Shown here: positions 15,901 through 31,400 of the stretch, one piece after another
How positions within the stretch are numbered: position 1 is the first letter of the stretch
Layout of the letters: each line of letters starts with the position of its first letter
Assembly: GCA_964016885.1 (NCBI GenBank)
Contig: OZ024755.1
Span: 992,001-1,056,000, forward strand
DNA: 64,000 nt
Source: Eledone cirrhosa
Taxonomy: Eukaryota
Reading direction: 5' to 3'
Translations under genes and position numbers: made by a program
Notes under the pieces: generated by a model
What the model saw: the letters and a program-made list of their open reading frames with translations, nothing else
What the model was told of the DNA's origin: nothing
The model's database searches: none

Positions 15901-16459
15901 CATTCATGATGCCGTTTTAGCCGTTTTAGTCATTTATGATGGCGTTTTAGACATTTTAGAGTCATTTTAGTACTTTATAATGCTGTTTTAGCTATTTTAG
16001 TGTCATTTTCTTCATTTATGATGCAGTTTTAGCCATTTGGCAGTCATTTTAGTCATTTATGATGCCGTTTTAGCTATTTTAGAGTCATTCTAGTCATTTA
16101 TGATCTCGTTTGAGCCATTTTAGAGACATTTTAGTACTTTATGATGCCGTTTTGGCTATTGTAGTGTCATTTTAGTAATTTGTGATGCGGCTTTAGCAAT
16201 TTTAGTGTCATTTTAGTCATTTATGGTCCCGTTTTAGCCATTTTAGAGTCATTTTAGTCATTTATGATGCCGTTTTAGCCACTTTAGTGTCATTTCAGTC
16301 ATTTATGATGCCGTTTTAGCCATTTTAGAGTCGTTTTAGTCATTCATTATGCCGTTTTAGCCATTTTAGTCATTTATGATGCCGTTTTAGCCACTTTAGT
16401 GTCATTTTAATCATTTATGATACTATTTTAGCCATGTTAGTCATTTATGATGCCGTTTT
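9979..16459 (-). repeat. Satellite array, reverse-orientation block (41/30-bp monomers)
   Basis: Reverse complement of AAATGACT-AAAATGACTCT-AAAATGGCT-AAAACGGCATCAT. Internal duplications of about 1.83 and 1.57 kb are visible. Confidence 0.96.
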
Positions 16460-19400
16460 AAATGACTAAAATGACTCTAAAATCGTTAAAACGGGACATA
16501 AAGGACTAAAATGACACTAAAATTGCTAAAGCGGCATCATAAATGACTAAAATGATACTAAAATTGCTAAAACGGCATCATAAATGACTAAAATAACTCT
16601 AAAATGGCTAAAATGGCTTCATAAATCACTTAAATGACTGTCAAATGGCTAAAACCGTATCATAAATGACTAAGATCACTCTAAAATGGCTAAAAAAGCA
16701 TCATAAATGAAGAAAATGACACAAAAATGGCTAAAACTGCATCATTAATGACAAAAATGGCTAAAACGGCATCATAAATGACTAAAATGACTCTAAAATG
16801 GCTAAAACAGGACCATAAATGACTAAAATAACTCTAAAATGACTAAAACGGGCATCATAAATGACTAAAGGGACTCTAAAATGGCTAAAACAGGACCATA
16901 AATGACTAATATAACTCTAAAATGACTAAAACGGCATCATAAATGACTAAAATGACACAAATATGGCTAAAACGGCATCAGAAATGACGAAAATGTCTCT
17001 AAAATGGCTAAAACGGCATCATAAATGACTAATATGACTGTATAATGGCTAAAACGGCATCCCAAATGACTAAAATGACACTAAAATGGCTAAAACGGCA
17101 TCTAAAGTACTAAAATGAATCTAAACTGGCTAAAGCGGCATCATAAATGACGAAAATGACTCTAAAAATGGCTTAAACGGCATCATAAATTACTAAAATG
17201 GCTAAAACCGCATCATAAATAACTAAAATGACTCTAAAATGGCTAAAACGGTATCATAAATGACTGAAATAGCTAAAACGGCATCATAAATTACTAAAAT
17301 GACTCTAAAATAGGTAAAACGGCATCATAAATGACTAAAATTACACTAAAATCGCTAAAACGGCATCATAAATTACTAAAATGACTCTAAAATCGTTAAA
17401 ACGGGACATAAAGGACTAAAATGACACTAAAATTGCTAAAGCGGCATCATAAATGACTAAAATGATACTAAAATTGCTAAAACGGCATCATAAATGACTA
17501 AAATAACTATAAAATGGCTAAAATGGCTTCATAAATCACTAAAATGACTGTCAAATGGCTAAAACCGCATCATAAATGACTAAGATCACTCTAAAAGGGC
17601 TAAAACAGCATCATAAATGAAGAAAATGACACAAAAATGGCTAAAACTGCATCATTAATGACAAAAATGGCTAAAACGGCATCATAAATGACTAAAATGA
17701 CTCTAAAATGGCTAAAACAGGACCATAAATGACTAAAATAACTCTAAAATGACTAAAACGGCATCATAAATGACTAAAAGGACTCTGAAATGGCTAAAAC
17801 AGGACCATAAACGACTAAAATAACTCTAAAATGACTAAAACGGCATCATAAATGACGAAAATGTCTCTAAAATGGCTAAAACGGCATCATAAATGACTAA
17901 TATGACTGTATAATGGCTAAAACGGCATCCCAAATGACTAAAATGACACTAAAATGGCTAAAACGGCATCTAAAGTACTAAAATGAATCTAAACTGGCTA
18001 AAGCGGCATCATAAATGACTAAAATGACTCTAAAATGGCTAAAACGGCATCATAAATGACTAAAATGGCTAAAACCGCATCATAAATGACTAAAATGACT
18101 CTAAAATAGCTAAAACGGCATCATAAATGACTGAAATAGCTAAAACGGCATCATAAATTACTAAAATGACTCTAAAATAGGTAAAACGGCATCATAAATG
18201 ACTAAAATTACACTAAAATCGCTAAAACGGCATCATAAATTACTAAAATGACTCTAAAATCGTTAAAACGGGACATAAAGGACTAAAATGACACTAAAAT
18301 TGCTAAAGCGGCATCATAAATGACTAAAATGATACTAAAATTGCTAAAACGGCATCATAAATGACTAAAATAACTCTAAAATGGCTAAAATGGCTTCATA
18401 AATCACTAAAATGACTGTCAAATGGCTAAAACCGCATCATCAATGACTAAGATCACTCTAAAAGGGCTAAAACAGCATCATAAATGAAGAAAATGACACA
18501 AAAATGGCTAAAACTGCATCATTAATGACAAAAATGGCTAAAACGGCATCATAAATGACTAAAATGACTCTAAAATGGCTAAAACAGGACCATAAATGAC
18601 TAAAATAACTCTAAAATGACTAAAACGGCATCATAAATGACTAAAAGGACTCTAAAATGGCTAAAACAGGACCATAAATCACTAAAATAACTCTAAAATG
18701 ACTAAAACGGCATCATAAATGACTAAAATGACACAAAAATGGCTAAAACGGCATCAGAAATGACGAAAATGTCTCTAAAACGGCTAAAACGGCATCATAA
18801 ATGACTAATATGACTGTATAATGGCTAAAACGGCATCCCAAATGACTAAAATGACACTAAAATGGCTAAAACGGCATCTAAAGTACTAAAATGAATCTAA
18901 ACTGGCTAAAGCGGCATCATAAATGACTAAAATGACTCTAAAATGGCTAAAACGGCATCATAAATTACTAAAATGGCTAAAACCGCATCATAAATGACTA
19001 AAATGACTCTAAAATGGCTAAAACGGCATCATAAATGACTGAAATGGCTAAAACGGCATCATAAATGACTCAAATGACTCTAAAATGGCTAAAACGGCAT
19101 CATAAATGAAGAAAATGACACAAAGATGGCTATAACTGCATCATGAATGACAAAAATGGCTAAAACGACATCATAAATTACTAACGTGACACTAAAGTCT
19201 CTAAAACGGCATCATAAATGACTAAAATGACTCTAAAATGGCTAAAACAGGACCATAAATGACTAAAATAACTCTAAAATGACTAAAACGGCATCATAAA
19301 TGACTAAAAGGACTCTAAAATGGCTAAAACAGGACCATAAACGACTAAAATAACTCTAAAATGACTAAAAACGGCATCATAAATGACTAAAATGACACAA

Positions 19401-22400
19401 AAATGGCTAAAACGGCATCAGAAATGACGAAAATGTCTCTAAAATGGCTAAAACGGCATCATAAATGACTAATATGACTGTATAATGGCTAAAACGGCAT
19501 CCCAAATGACTAAAATGACACTAAAATGGCTAAAACGGCATCTAAAGTACTAAAATGAATCTAAAACTGGCTAAAGCGGCATCATAAATGACTAAAATGA
19601 CTCTAAAATGGCTAAAACGGCATCATAAATTACTAAAATGGCTAAAAACCGCATCATAAATGACTAAAATGACTCTAAAATGGCTAAAACGGCATCATAA
19701 ATGACTGAAATAGCTAAAACGGCATCATAAATTACTAAAATGACTCTAAAATAGGTAAAACGGCATCATAAATGACTAAAATTACACTAAAATCGCTAAA
19801 ACGGCATCATAAATGACTAAAATGACTCTAAAATCGTTTAAAACGGGACATAAAGGACTAAAATGCCACTAAAATTGCTAAAGCGGCATCATAAATGACT
19901 AAAATGATACTAAAATTGCTAAAACGGCATCATAAATGACTAAAATAACTCTAAAATGGCTAAAATGGCTTTATAAATCACTAAAATGACTGTCAAATGG
20001 CTAAAACCGCATCATAAATGACTAAGATCACTCTAAAAGGGCTAAAACAACATCATAAATGAAGAAAATGACACAAAAATGGCTAAAACTGCATCATTAA
20101 TGACAAAAATGGCTAAAACGGCATCATAAATGACTAAAATGACTCTAAAATGGCTAAAACAGGACCATAAATGACTAAAATAACTCTAAAATGACTAAAA
20201 CGGCATCATAAATGACTAAAAGGACTCTAAAATGGCTAAAACAGGACCATAAATGACTAAAATAACTCTAAAATGACTAAAACGGCATCATAAATGACTA
20301 AAATGACACAAAAAATGGCTAAAACGGCATCAGAAATGACGAAAATGTCTCTAAAAACGGCTAAAACGGCATCATAAATGACTAATATGACTGTATAATG
20401 GCTAAAACGGCATCCCAAATGACTAAAATGACACTAAAATGGCTAAAACGGCATCTAAAGTACTAAAATGAATCTAAACTGGCTAAAGCGGCATCATAAA
20501 TGACTAAAATGACTCTAAAATGGCTAAAACGGCATCATAAATTACTAAAATGGCTAAAACCGCATCATAAATGACTAAAATGACTCTAAAATGGCTAAAA
20601 CGGCATCATAAATGACTGANNNNNNNNNNNNNNNNNNNNNNNNNNNNNNNNNNNNNNNNNNNNNNNNNNNNNNNNNNNNNNNNNNNNNNNNNNNNNNNNN
20701 NNNNNNNNNNNNNNNNNNNNNNNNNNNNNNNNNNNNNNNNNNNNNNNNNNNNNNNNNNNNNNNNNNNNNNNNNNNNNNNNNNNNNNNNNNNNNNNNNNNN
20801 NNNNNNNNNNNNNNNNNNNCTAAAACCGCATCATAAATGACTAAAATGACTCTAAAATGGCTAAAACGGCATCATAAATGACTGAAATGGCTAAAACGGC
20901 ATCATAAATGACTCAAATGACTCTAAAATGGCTAAAACGGCATCAGAAATGAAGAAAATGACACAAAGATGGCTATAACTGCATCATGAATGACAAAAAT
21001 GGCTAAAACGACATCATAAATTACTAACGTGACACTAAAGTCTCTAAAACGGCATCATAAATGACTAAAATGACTCTAAAATGGCTAAAACAGGACCATA
21101 ATGACTAAAATAACTCTAAAATGACTAAACGGCATCATAAATGACTAAAAGGACTCTAAAATGGCTAAAACAGGACCATAAACGACTAAAATAACTCTAA
21201 AATGACTAAAACGGCATCATAAATGACTAAAATGACACAAAAATGGCTAAAACGGCATCAGAAATGACGAAAATGTCTCTAAAATGGCTAAAACGGCATC
21301 ATAAATGACTAATATGACTGTATAATGGCTAAAACGGCATCCCAAATGACTAAAATGACACTAAAATGGCTAAAACGGCATCTAAAGTACTAAAATGAAT
21401 CTAAACTGGCTAAAGCGGCATCATAAATGACTAAATGACCTCTAAAATGGCTAAAACGGCATCATAAATTACTAAAATGGCTAAAACCGCATCATAAATG
21501 ACTAAATGACTCTAAAATGGCTAAAACGGCATCATAAATGACTGAAATAGCTAAAACGGCATCATAAATTACTAAAATGACTCTAAAATAGGTAAAACGG
21601 CATCATAAATGACTAAAATTACACTAAAATCGCTTAAAACGGCATCATAAATGACTAAAATGACTCTAAAATCGTTTAAACGGGACATAAAGGACTAAAA
21701 TGCCACTAAAATTGCTAAAGCGGCATCATAAATGACTAAAATGATACTAAAATTGCTAAAACGGCATCATAAATGACTAAAATAACTCTAAAATGGCTAA
21801 AATGGCTTTATAAATCACTAAAATGACTGTCAAATGGCTAAAACCGCATCATAAATGACTAAGATCACTCTAAAAGGGCTAAAACAACATCATAAATGAA
21901 GAAAATGACACAAAAATGGCTAAAACTGCATCATTAATGACAAAAATGGCTAAAACGGCATCATAAATGACTAAAATGACTCTAAAATGGCTAAAACAGG
22001 ACCATAAATGACTAAAATAACTCTAAAATGACTAAAACGGCATCATAAATGACTAAAAGGACTCTAAAATGGCTAAAACAGGACCATAAATGACTAAAAT
22101 AACTCTAAAATGACTAAAACGGCATCATAAATGACTAAAATGACACAAAAATGGCTAAAACGGCATCAGAAATGACGAAAATGTCTCTAAAACGGCTAAA
22201 ACGGCATCATAAATGACTAATATGACTGTATAATGGCTAAAACGGCATCCCAAATGACTAAAATGACACTAAAATGGCTAAAACGGCATCTAAAGTACTA
22301 AAATGAATCTAAACTGGCTAAAGCGGCATCATAAATGACTAAAATGACTCTAAAACGGCTAAAACGGCATCATAAATGACTAAAATGGCTAAAAACCGCA

Positions 22401-25400
22401 TCATAAATGACTAAAATGACTCTAAAATGGCTAAAACGGCATCATAAATGACTGAAATGGCTAAAACGGCATCATAAATGACTCAAATGACTCTAAATGG
22501 CTAAAACGGCATCAGAAATGAAGAAAATGACACAAAGATGGCTATAACTGCATCATGAATGACAAAAATGGCTAAAACGACATCATAAATTACTAACGTG
22601 ACACTAAAGTCTCTAAAACGGCATCATAAAATGACTAAAATGACTCTAAAATGGCTAAAACAGGACCATAAATGACTAAAATAACTCTAAAATGACTAAA
22701 ACGGCATCATAAATGACTAAAAGGACTCTAAAATGGCTAAAACAGGACCATAAATCACTAAAAATAACTCTAAAATGACTAAAACGGCATCATAAATGAC
22801 TAAAATGACACAAAAATGGCTAAAACGGCATCAGAAATGACGAAAATGTCTCTAAAACGGCTAAAACGGCATCATAAATGACTAATATGACTGTATAATG
22901 GCTAAAACGGCATCCCAAATGACTAAAATGACACTAAAATGGCCTAAAACGGCATCTAAAGTACTAAAATGAATCTAAACTGGCTAAAGCGGCATCATAA
23001 ATGACTAAAATGACTCTAAAATGGCTAAAACGGCATCATAAATTACTAAAATGGCTACAACCGCATCATAAATGACTAAAATGACTCTAAAATGGCTAAA
23101 ACGGCATCATAAATGACTCAAATGACTCTAAAATGGCTAAAACGGCATCAGAAATGAAGAAAATGACACAAAGATGGCTATAACTGCATCATGAATGACA
23201 AAAATGGCTAAAACGACATCATAAATTACTAACGTGACACTAAAGTCTCTAAAACGGCATCATAAATGACTAAAATGACTCTAAAATGGCTAAAACAGGA
23301 CCATAAATGACTAAAATAACTCTAAAATGACTAAAACGGCATCATAAATGACTAAAAGGACTCTAAAATGGCTAAACAGGACCATAAATCACTAAAATAA
23401 CTCTAAAATGACTAAAACGGCATCATAAATGACTAAAATGACACAAAAATGGCTTAAACGGCATCAGAAATGACGAAAATGTCTCTAAAACGGCTAAAAC
23501 GGCATCATAAATGACTAATATGACTGTATAATGGCTAAAACGGCATCCCAAATGACTAAAATGACACTAAAATGGCTAAAACGGCATCTAAAGTACTAAA
23601 ATGAATCTAAACTGGCTAAAGCGGCATCATAAATGACTAAAATGACTCTAAAATGGCTAAAACGGCATCATAAATTACTAAAATGGCTAAAACCGCATCA
23701 TAAATGACTAAAATGACTCTAAAATGGCTAAAACGGCATCATAAATGACTGAAATGGCTAAAACGGCATCATAAATGACTCAAATGACTCTAAAATGGCT
23801 AAAAACGGCATCATAAATGAAGAAATGACACAAAGATGGCTATAACTGCATCATGAATGACAAAATGGCTAAAACGACATCATAAATTACTAACGTGACA
23901 CTAAAGTCTCTAAAACGGCATCATAAATGACTAAAAATGACTCTAAAATGGCTAAAACAGGACCATAAATGACTAAAATAACTCTAAATGACTAAAACGG
24001 CATCATAAATGACTAAAAGGACTCTAAAATGGCTAAAACAGGACCATAAACGACTAAAATAACTCTAAAATGACTAAACGGCATCATAAATGACTAAATG
24101 ACACAAAAATGGCTAAAACGGCATCAGAAATGACGAAAATGTCTCTAAAATGGCTTAAAACGGCATCATAAATGACTAATATGACTGTATAATGGCTAAA
24201 ACGCATCCAAATGACTAAAATGACACTAAAATGGCTAAAACGGCATCTAAAGTACTAAAATGAATCTAAACTGGCTAAAGCGGCATCATAAATGACTAAA
24301 ATGACTCTAAATGGCTAAAACAGGACCATAAATGACTAAAATAACTCTAAAATGACTAAAACGGCATCATAAATGACTAAAAGGACTCTAAAATGGCTAA
24401 AACAGGACCATAAACGACTAAAATAACTCTAAAATGACTAAACGGCATCATAAATGACTAAAATGACACAAAATGGCTAAAACGGCATCAGAAATGACGA
24501 AAATGTCTCTAAAATGGCTAAAACGGCATCATAAATGACTAATATGACTGTATAATGGCTAAAACGGCATCCCAAATGACTAAAATGACACTAAAATGGC
24601 TAAAACGCATCTAAAGTACTAAAATGAATCTAAACTGGCTAAAGCGGCATCATAAATGACTAAAATGACTCTAAAATGGCTAAAACGGCATCATAAATTA
24701 CTAAAATGGCTAAAACCGCATCATAAATGACTAAAATGACTCTAAAATGGCTAAAACGGCATCATAAATGACTGAAATAGCTAAAACGGCATCATAAATT
24801 ACTAAAATGACTCTAAAATAGGTAAAACGGCATCATAAATGACTAAAATTACACTAAAATCGCTAAAACGGCATCATAAATGACTAAAATGACTCTAAAA
24901 TCGTTAAACGGGACATCAAAGGACTAAAATGCCACTAAAATTGCTAAAGCGGCATCATAAATGACTAAAATGATACTAAAATTGCTAAAACGGCATCATA
25001 AATGACTAAAATAACTCTAAAATGGCTAAAATGGCTTTATAAATCACTAAAATGACTGTCAAATGGCTAAAACCGCATCATAAATGACTAAGATCACTCT
25101 AAAAGGGCTAAAACAACATCATAAATGAAGAAAATGACACAAAAATGGCTAAAACTGCATCATTAATGACAAAAATGGCTAAAACGGCATCATAAATGAC
25201 TAAAATGACTCTAAAATGGCTAAAACAGGACCATAAATGACTAAAATAACTCTAAAATGACTAAAACGGCATCATAAATGACTAAAAGGACTCTAAAATT
25301 GCTAAAACAGGACCATAAATGACTAAAATAACTCTAAAATGACTAAAACGGCATCATAAATGACTAAAATGACACAAAAATGGCTAAAACGGCATCAGAA

Positions 25401-28400
25401 ATGACGAAAATGTCTCTAAAACGGCTAAAACGGCATCATAAATGACTAATATGACTGTATAATGGCTAAAACGGCATCCCAAATGACTAAAATGACACTA
25501 AAATGGCTAAAACGGCATCTAAAGTACTAAAATGAATCTAAACTGGCTAAAGCGGCATCATAAATGACTAAAATGACTCTAAAACGGCTAAAACGGCATC
25601 ATAAATGACTAAAATGGCTAAAACCGCATCATAAATGACTAAAATGACTCTAAAATGGCTAAAACGGCATCATAAATGACTGAAATGGCTAAAACGGCAT
25701 CATAAATGACTCAAATGACTCTAAAATGGCTAAAACGGCATCAGAAATGAAGAAAATGACACAAAGATGGCTATAACTGCATCATGAATGACAAAAATGG
25801 CTAAAACGACATCATAAATTACTAACGTGACACTAAAGTCTCTAAAACGGCATCATAAATGACTAAAATGACTCTAAAATGGGCTAAAACAGGACCATAA
25901 ATGACTAAAATAACTCTAAAATGACTAAAACGGCATCATAAATGACTAAAAGGACTCTAAATGGCTAAAACAGGACATAAACGACTAAAATAACTCTAAA
26001 ATGACTAAAACGGCATCATAAATGACTAAAATGACACAAAAAATGGCTAAAACGGCATCAGAAATGACGAAAATGTCTCTAAAATGGCTAAAACGGCATC
26101 ATAAATGACTAATATGACTGTATAATGCTAAAACGGCATCCAAATGACTAAATGACACTAAAATGGCTAAAACGGCATCTAAAGTACTAAAATGAATCTA
26201 AACTGGCTAAAGCGGCATCATAAATGACTAAAATGACTCTAAAATGGCTAAAACAGGACCATAAATGACTAAAATAACTCTAAAATGACTAAAACGGCAT
26301 CATAAATGACTAAAAGGACTCTAAAATGGCTAAAACAGGACCATAAACGACTAAAATAACTCTAAAATGACTAAAACGGCATCATAAATGACTAAAATGA
26401 CACAAAAATGGCTAAAACGGCATCAGAAATGACGAAAATGTCTCTAAAATGGCTAAAACGGCATCATAAATGACTAATATGACTGTATAATGGCTAAAAC
26501 GGCATCCCAAATGACTAAAATGACACTAAAATGGCTAAAACGGCATCTAAAGTACTAAAATGAATCTAAACTGGCTAAAGCGGCATCATAAATGACTAAA
26601 ATGACTCTAAAATGGCTAAAACGGCATCATAAATTACTAAAATGGCTAAAACCGCATCATAAATGACTAAAATGACTCTAAAATGGCTAAAACGGCATCA
26701 TAAATGACTGAAATAGCTAAAACGGCATCATAAATTACTAAAATGACTCTAAAATAGGTAAAACGGCATCATAAATGACTAAAATTACACTAAAATCGCT
26801 AAAACGGCATCATAAATGACTAAAATGACTCTAAAATCGTTTAAACGGGACATAAAGGACTAAAATGCCACTAAAATTGCTAAAGCGCATCATAAATGAC
26901 TAAAATGATACTAAAATTGCTAAAACGGCATCATAAATGACTAAAATAACTCTAAAATGTGCTAAAATGGCTTTATAAATCACTAAAATGACTGTCAAAT
27001 GGCTAAAACCGCATCATAAATGACTAAGATCACTCTAAAAGGGCTAAAACAACATCATAAATGAAGAAAATGACACAAAAATGGCTAAAAACTGCATCAT
27101 TAATGACAAAAATGGCTAAAACGGCATCATAAATGACTAAAATGACTCTAAAATGGCTAAAACAGGACCATAAATGACTAAAATAACTCTAAAATGACTA
27201 AAACGGCATCATAAATGACTAAAAGGACTCTAAAATTGCTAAAACAGGACCATAAATGACTAAAATAACTCTAAAATGACTAAAACGGCATCATAAATGA
27301 CTAAAATGACACAAAAATGGCTAAAACGGCATCAGAAATGACGAAAATGTCTCTAAAACGGCTAAAACGGCATCATAAATGACTAATATGACTGTATAAT
27401 GGCTAAAACGGCATCCCAAATGACTAAAATGACACTAAAATGGCTAAAACGGCATCTAAAGTACTAAAATGAATCTAAACTGGCTAAAGCGGCATCATAA
27501 ATGACTAAAATGACTCTAAAACGGCTAAAACGGCATCATAAATGACTAAAATGGCTAAAACCGCATCATAAATGACTAAAATGACTCTAAAATGGCTAAA
27601 ACGGCATCATAAATGACTGAAATGGCTAAAACGGCATCATAAATGACTCAAATGACTCTAAAATGGCTAAAACGGCATCAGAAATGAAGAAAATGACACA
27701 AAGATGGCTATAACTGCATCATGAATGACAAAAATGGCTAAAACGACATCATAAATTACTAACGTGACACTAAAGTCTCTAAAACGGCATCATAAATGAC
27801 TAAAATGACTCTAAAATGGCTAAAACAGACCATAATGACTAAAAATAACTCTAAAATGACTAAAACGGCATCATAAATGACTAAAAGGACTCTAAAATGG
27901 CTAAAACAGGACCATAAACGACTAAAATAACTCTAAAATGACTAAAACGGCATCATAAATGACTAAAATGACACAAAAATGGCTAAAACGCATCAGAAAT
28001 GACGAAAATGTCTCTAAAATGGCTAAAACGGCATCATAAATGACTAATATGACTGTATAATGGCTAAAAACGGCATCCCAAATGACTAAAATGACACTAA
28101 AATGGCTAAAACGGCATCTAAAGTACTAAAATGAATCTAAACTGGCTAAAGCGGCATCATAAATGACTAAAAATGACTCTAAAATGGCTAAAACGGCATC
28201 ATAATTACTAAAATGGCTAAAACCGCATCATAAATGACTAAAATGACTCTAAAATGGCTAAAACGGCATCATAAATGACTGAAATAGCTAAAACGGCATC
28301 ATAAATTACTAAAATGACTCTAAAATAGGTAAAACGGCATCATAAATGACTAAAATTACACTAAAATCGCTAAAACGGCATCATAAATGACTAAAATGAC

Positions 28401-31400
28401 TCTAAAATCGTTTAAACGGGACATAAAGGACTAAAATGCCACTAAAATTGCTAAAGCGGCATCATAAATGACTAAAATGATACTAAAATTGCTAAAACGG
28501 CATCATAAATGACTAAAATAACTCTAAAATGGCTAAAATGTCTTTATAAATCACTAAAATGACTGTCAAATGGCTAAAACCGCATCATAAATGACTAAGA
28601 TCACTCTAAAAGGGCTAAAACAACATCATAAATGAAGAAAATGACACAAAAATGGCTAAAACTGCATCATTAATGACAAAAATGGCTAAAACGGCATCAT
28701 AAATGACTAAAATGACTCTAAAATGGCTAAAACAGGACCATAAATGACTAAAATAACTCTAAAATGACTAAAACGGCATCATAAATGACTAAAAGGACTC
28801 TAAAATGGCTAAAACAGGACCATAAAATGACTAAAATAACTCTAAAAATGACTAAAACGGCATCATAAATGACTAAAATGACACAAAAATGGCTAAAACG
28901 GCATCAGAAATGACGAAAATGTCTCTAAAATGGCTAAAACGGCATCATAAATGACTAATATGACTGTATAATGGCTAAAACGGCATCCCAAATGACTAAA
29001 ATGACACTAAAATGGCTAAAACGGCATCTAAAGTACTAAAATGAATCTAAACTGCTAAAGCGGCATCATAAATGACTAAAATGACTCTAAAATGGCTAAA
29101 AACGGCATCATAAATTACTAAAATGGCTAAAACCGCATCATAAATGACTAAAATGACTCTAAAATGGCTAAAACGGCATCATAAATGACTGAAATAGCTA
29201 AAACGGCATCATAAATTACTAAAATGACTCTAAAATAGGTAAAACGGCATCATAAATGACTAAAATTACACTAAAATCGCTAAAAACGGCATCATAAATG
29301 ACTAAAATGACTCTAAAATCGTTTAAACGGGACATAAAGGACTAAAATGCCACTAAAATTGCTAAAGCGGCATCATAAATGACTAAAATGATACTAAAAT
29401 TGCTAAAACGGCATCATAAATGACTAAAATAACTCTAAAATGGCTAAAATGGCTTTATAAATCACTAAAATGACTGTCAAATGGCTAAAACCGCATCATA
29501 AATGACTAAGATCACTCTAAAAGGGCTAAAACAACATCATAAATGAAGAAAATGACACAAAAATGGCTAAAACTGCATCATTAATGACAAAAATGGCTAA
29601 AACGGCATCATAAATGACTAAAATGACTCTAAAATGGCTAAAACAGGACCATAAATGACTAAAATAACTCTAAAATGACTAAAACGGCATCATAAATGAC
29701 TAAAAGGACTCTAAAATGGCTAAAACAGGACCATAAATGACTAAAATAACTCTAAAATGACTAAAACGGCATCATAAATGACTAAAATGACACAAAAATG
29801 GCTAAAACGGCATCAGAAATGACGAAAATGTCTCTAAAATGGCTAAAACGGCATCATAAATGACTAATATGACTGTATAATGGCTAAAACGGCATCCCAA
29901 ATGACTAAAATGACACTAAAATGGCTAAAACGGCATCTAAAGTACTAAAATGAATCTAAACTGGCTAAAGCGGCATCATAAATGACTAAAATGACTCTAA
30001 AATGGCTAAAACGGCATCATAAATTACTAAAATGGCTAAAACCGCATCATAAATGACTAAAATGACTCTAAAATGGCTAAAACGGCATCATAAATGACTG
30101 AAATAGCTAAAACGGCATCATAAATTACTAAAATGACTCTAAAATAGGTAAAACGGCATCATAAATGACTAAAATTACACTAAAATCGCTAAAACGGCAT
30201 CATAAATGACTAAAATGACTCTAAAATCGTTTAAAACGGGACATAAAGGACTAAAATGCCACTAAAATTGCTAAAGCGGCATCATAAATGACTAAAATGA
30301 TACTAAAATTGCTAAAACGGCATCATAAATGACTAAAATAACTCTAAAATGGCTAAAATGGCTTTATAAATCACTAAAATGACTGTCAAATGGCTAAAAC
30401 CGCATCATAAATGACTAAGATCACTCTAAAAGGGCTAAAACAACATCATAAATGAAGAAAATGACACAAAAATGGCTAAAACTGCATCATTAATGACAAA
30501 AATGGCTAAAACGGCATCATAAATGACTAAAATGACTCTAAAATGGCTAAAACAGGACCATAAATGACTAAAATAACTCTAAAATGACTAAAACGGCATC
30601 ATAAATGACTAAAAGGACTCTAAAATGGCTAAAACAGGACCATAAATGACTAAAATAACTCTAAAATGACTAAAACGGCATCATAAATGACTAAAATGAC
30701 ACAAAAATGGCTAAAACGGCATCAGAAATGACGAAAATGTCTCTAAAACGGCTAAAACGGCATCATAAATGACTAATATGACTGTATAATGGCTAAAACG
30801 GCATCCCAAATGACGAAAATATCTCTAAAATTGCTAAAACGGCATCTAAAGTACTAAAATGAATTTAAACTGGCTAAAGCGGCATCATAAATGACTAAAA
30901 GGACTCTAAAATGGCTAAAACAGGACCATAAACGACTAAAATAACTCTAAAATGACTAAAACGGCATCATAAATGACTAAAATGACACAAAAATGGCTAA
31001 AACGGCATCAGAAATGACGAAAATGTCTCTAAAATGGCTAAAACGGCATCATAAATGACTAATATGACTGTATAATGGCTAAAACGGCATCCCAAATGAC
31101 TAAAATGACACTAAAATGGCTAAAACGGCATCTAAAGTACTAAAATGAATCTAAACTGGCTAAAGCGGCATCATAAATGACTAAAATGACTCTAAAATGG
31201 CTAAAACGGCATCATAAATTACTAAAATGGCTAAAACCGCATCATAAATGACTAAAATGACTCTAAAATGGCTAAAACGGCATCATAAATGACTGAAATA
31301 GCTAAAACGGCATCATAAATTACTAAAATGACTCTAAAATAGGTAAAACGGCATCATAAATGACTAAAATTACACTAAAATCGCTAAAACGGCATCATAA

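Noticed and set aside
20612-20836. ORF spanning Ns
   Set aside because: Assembly gap artefact.
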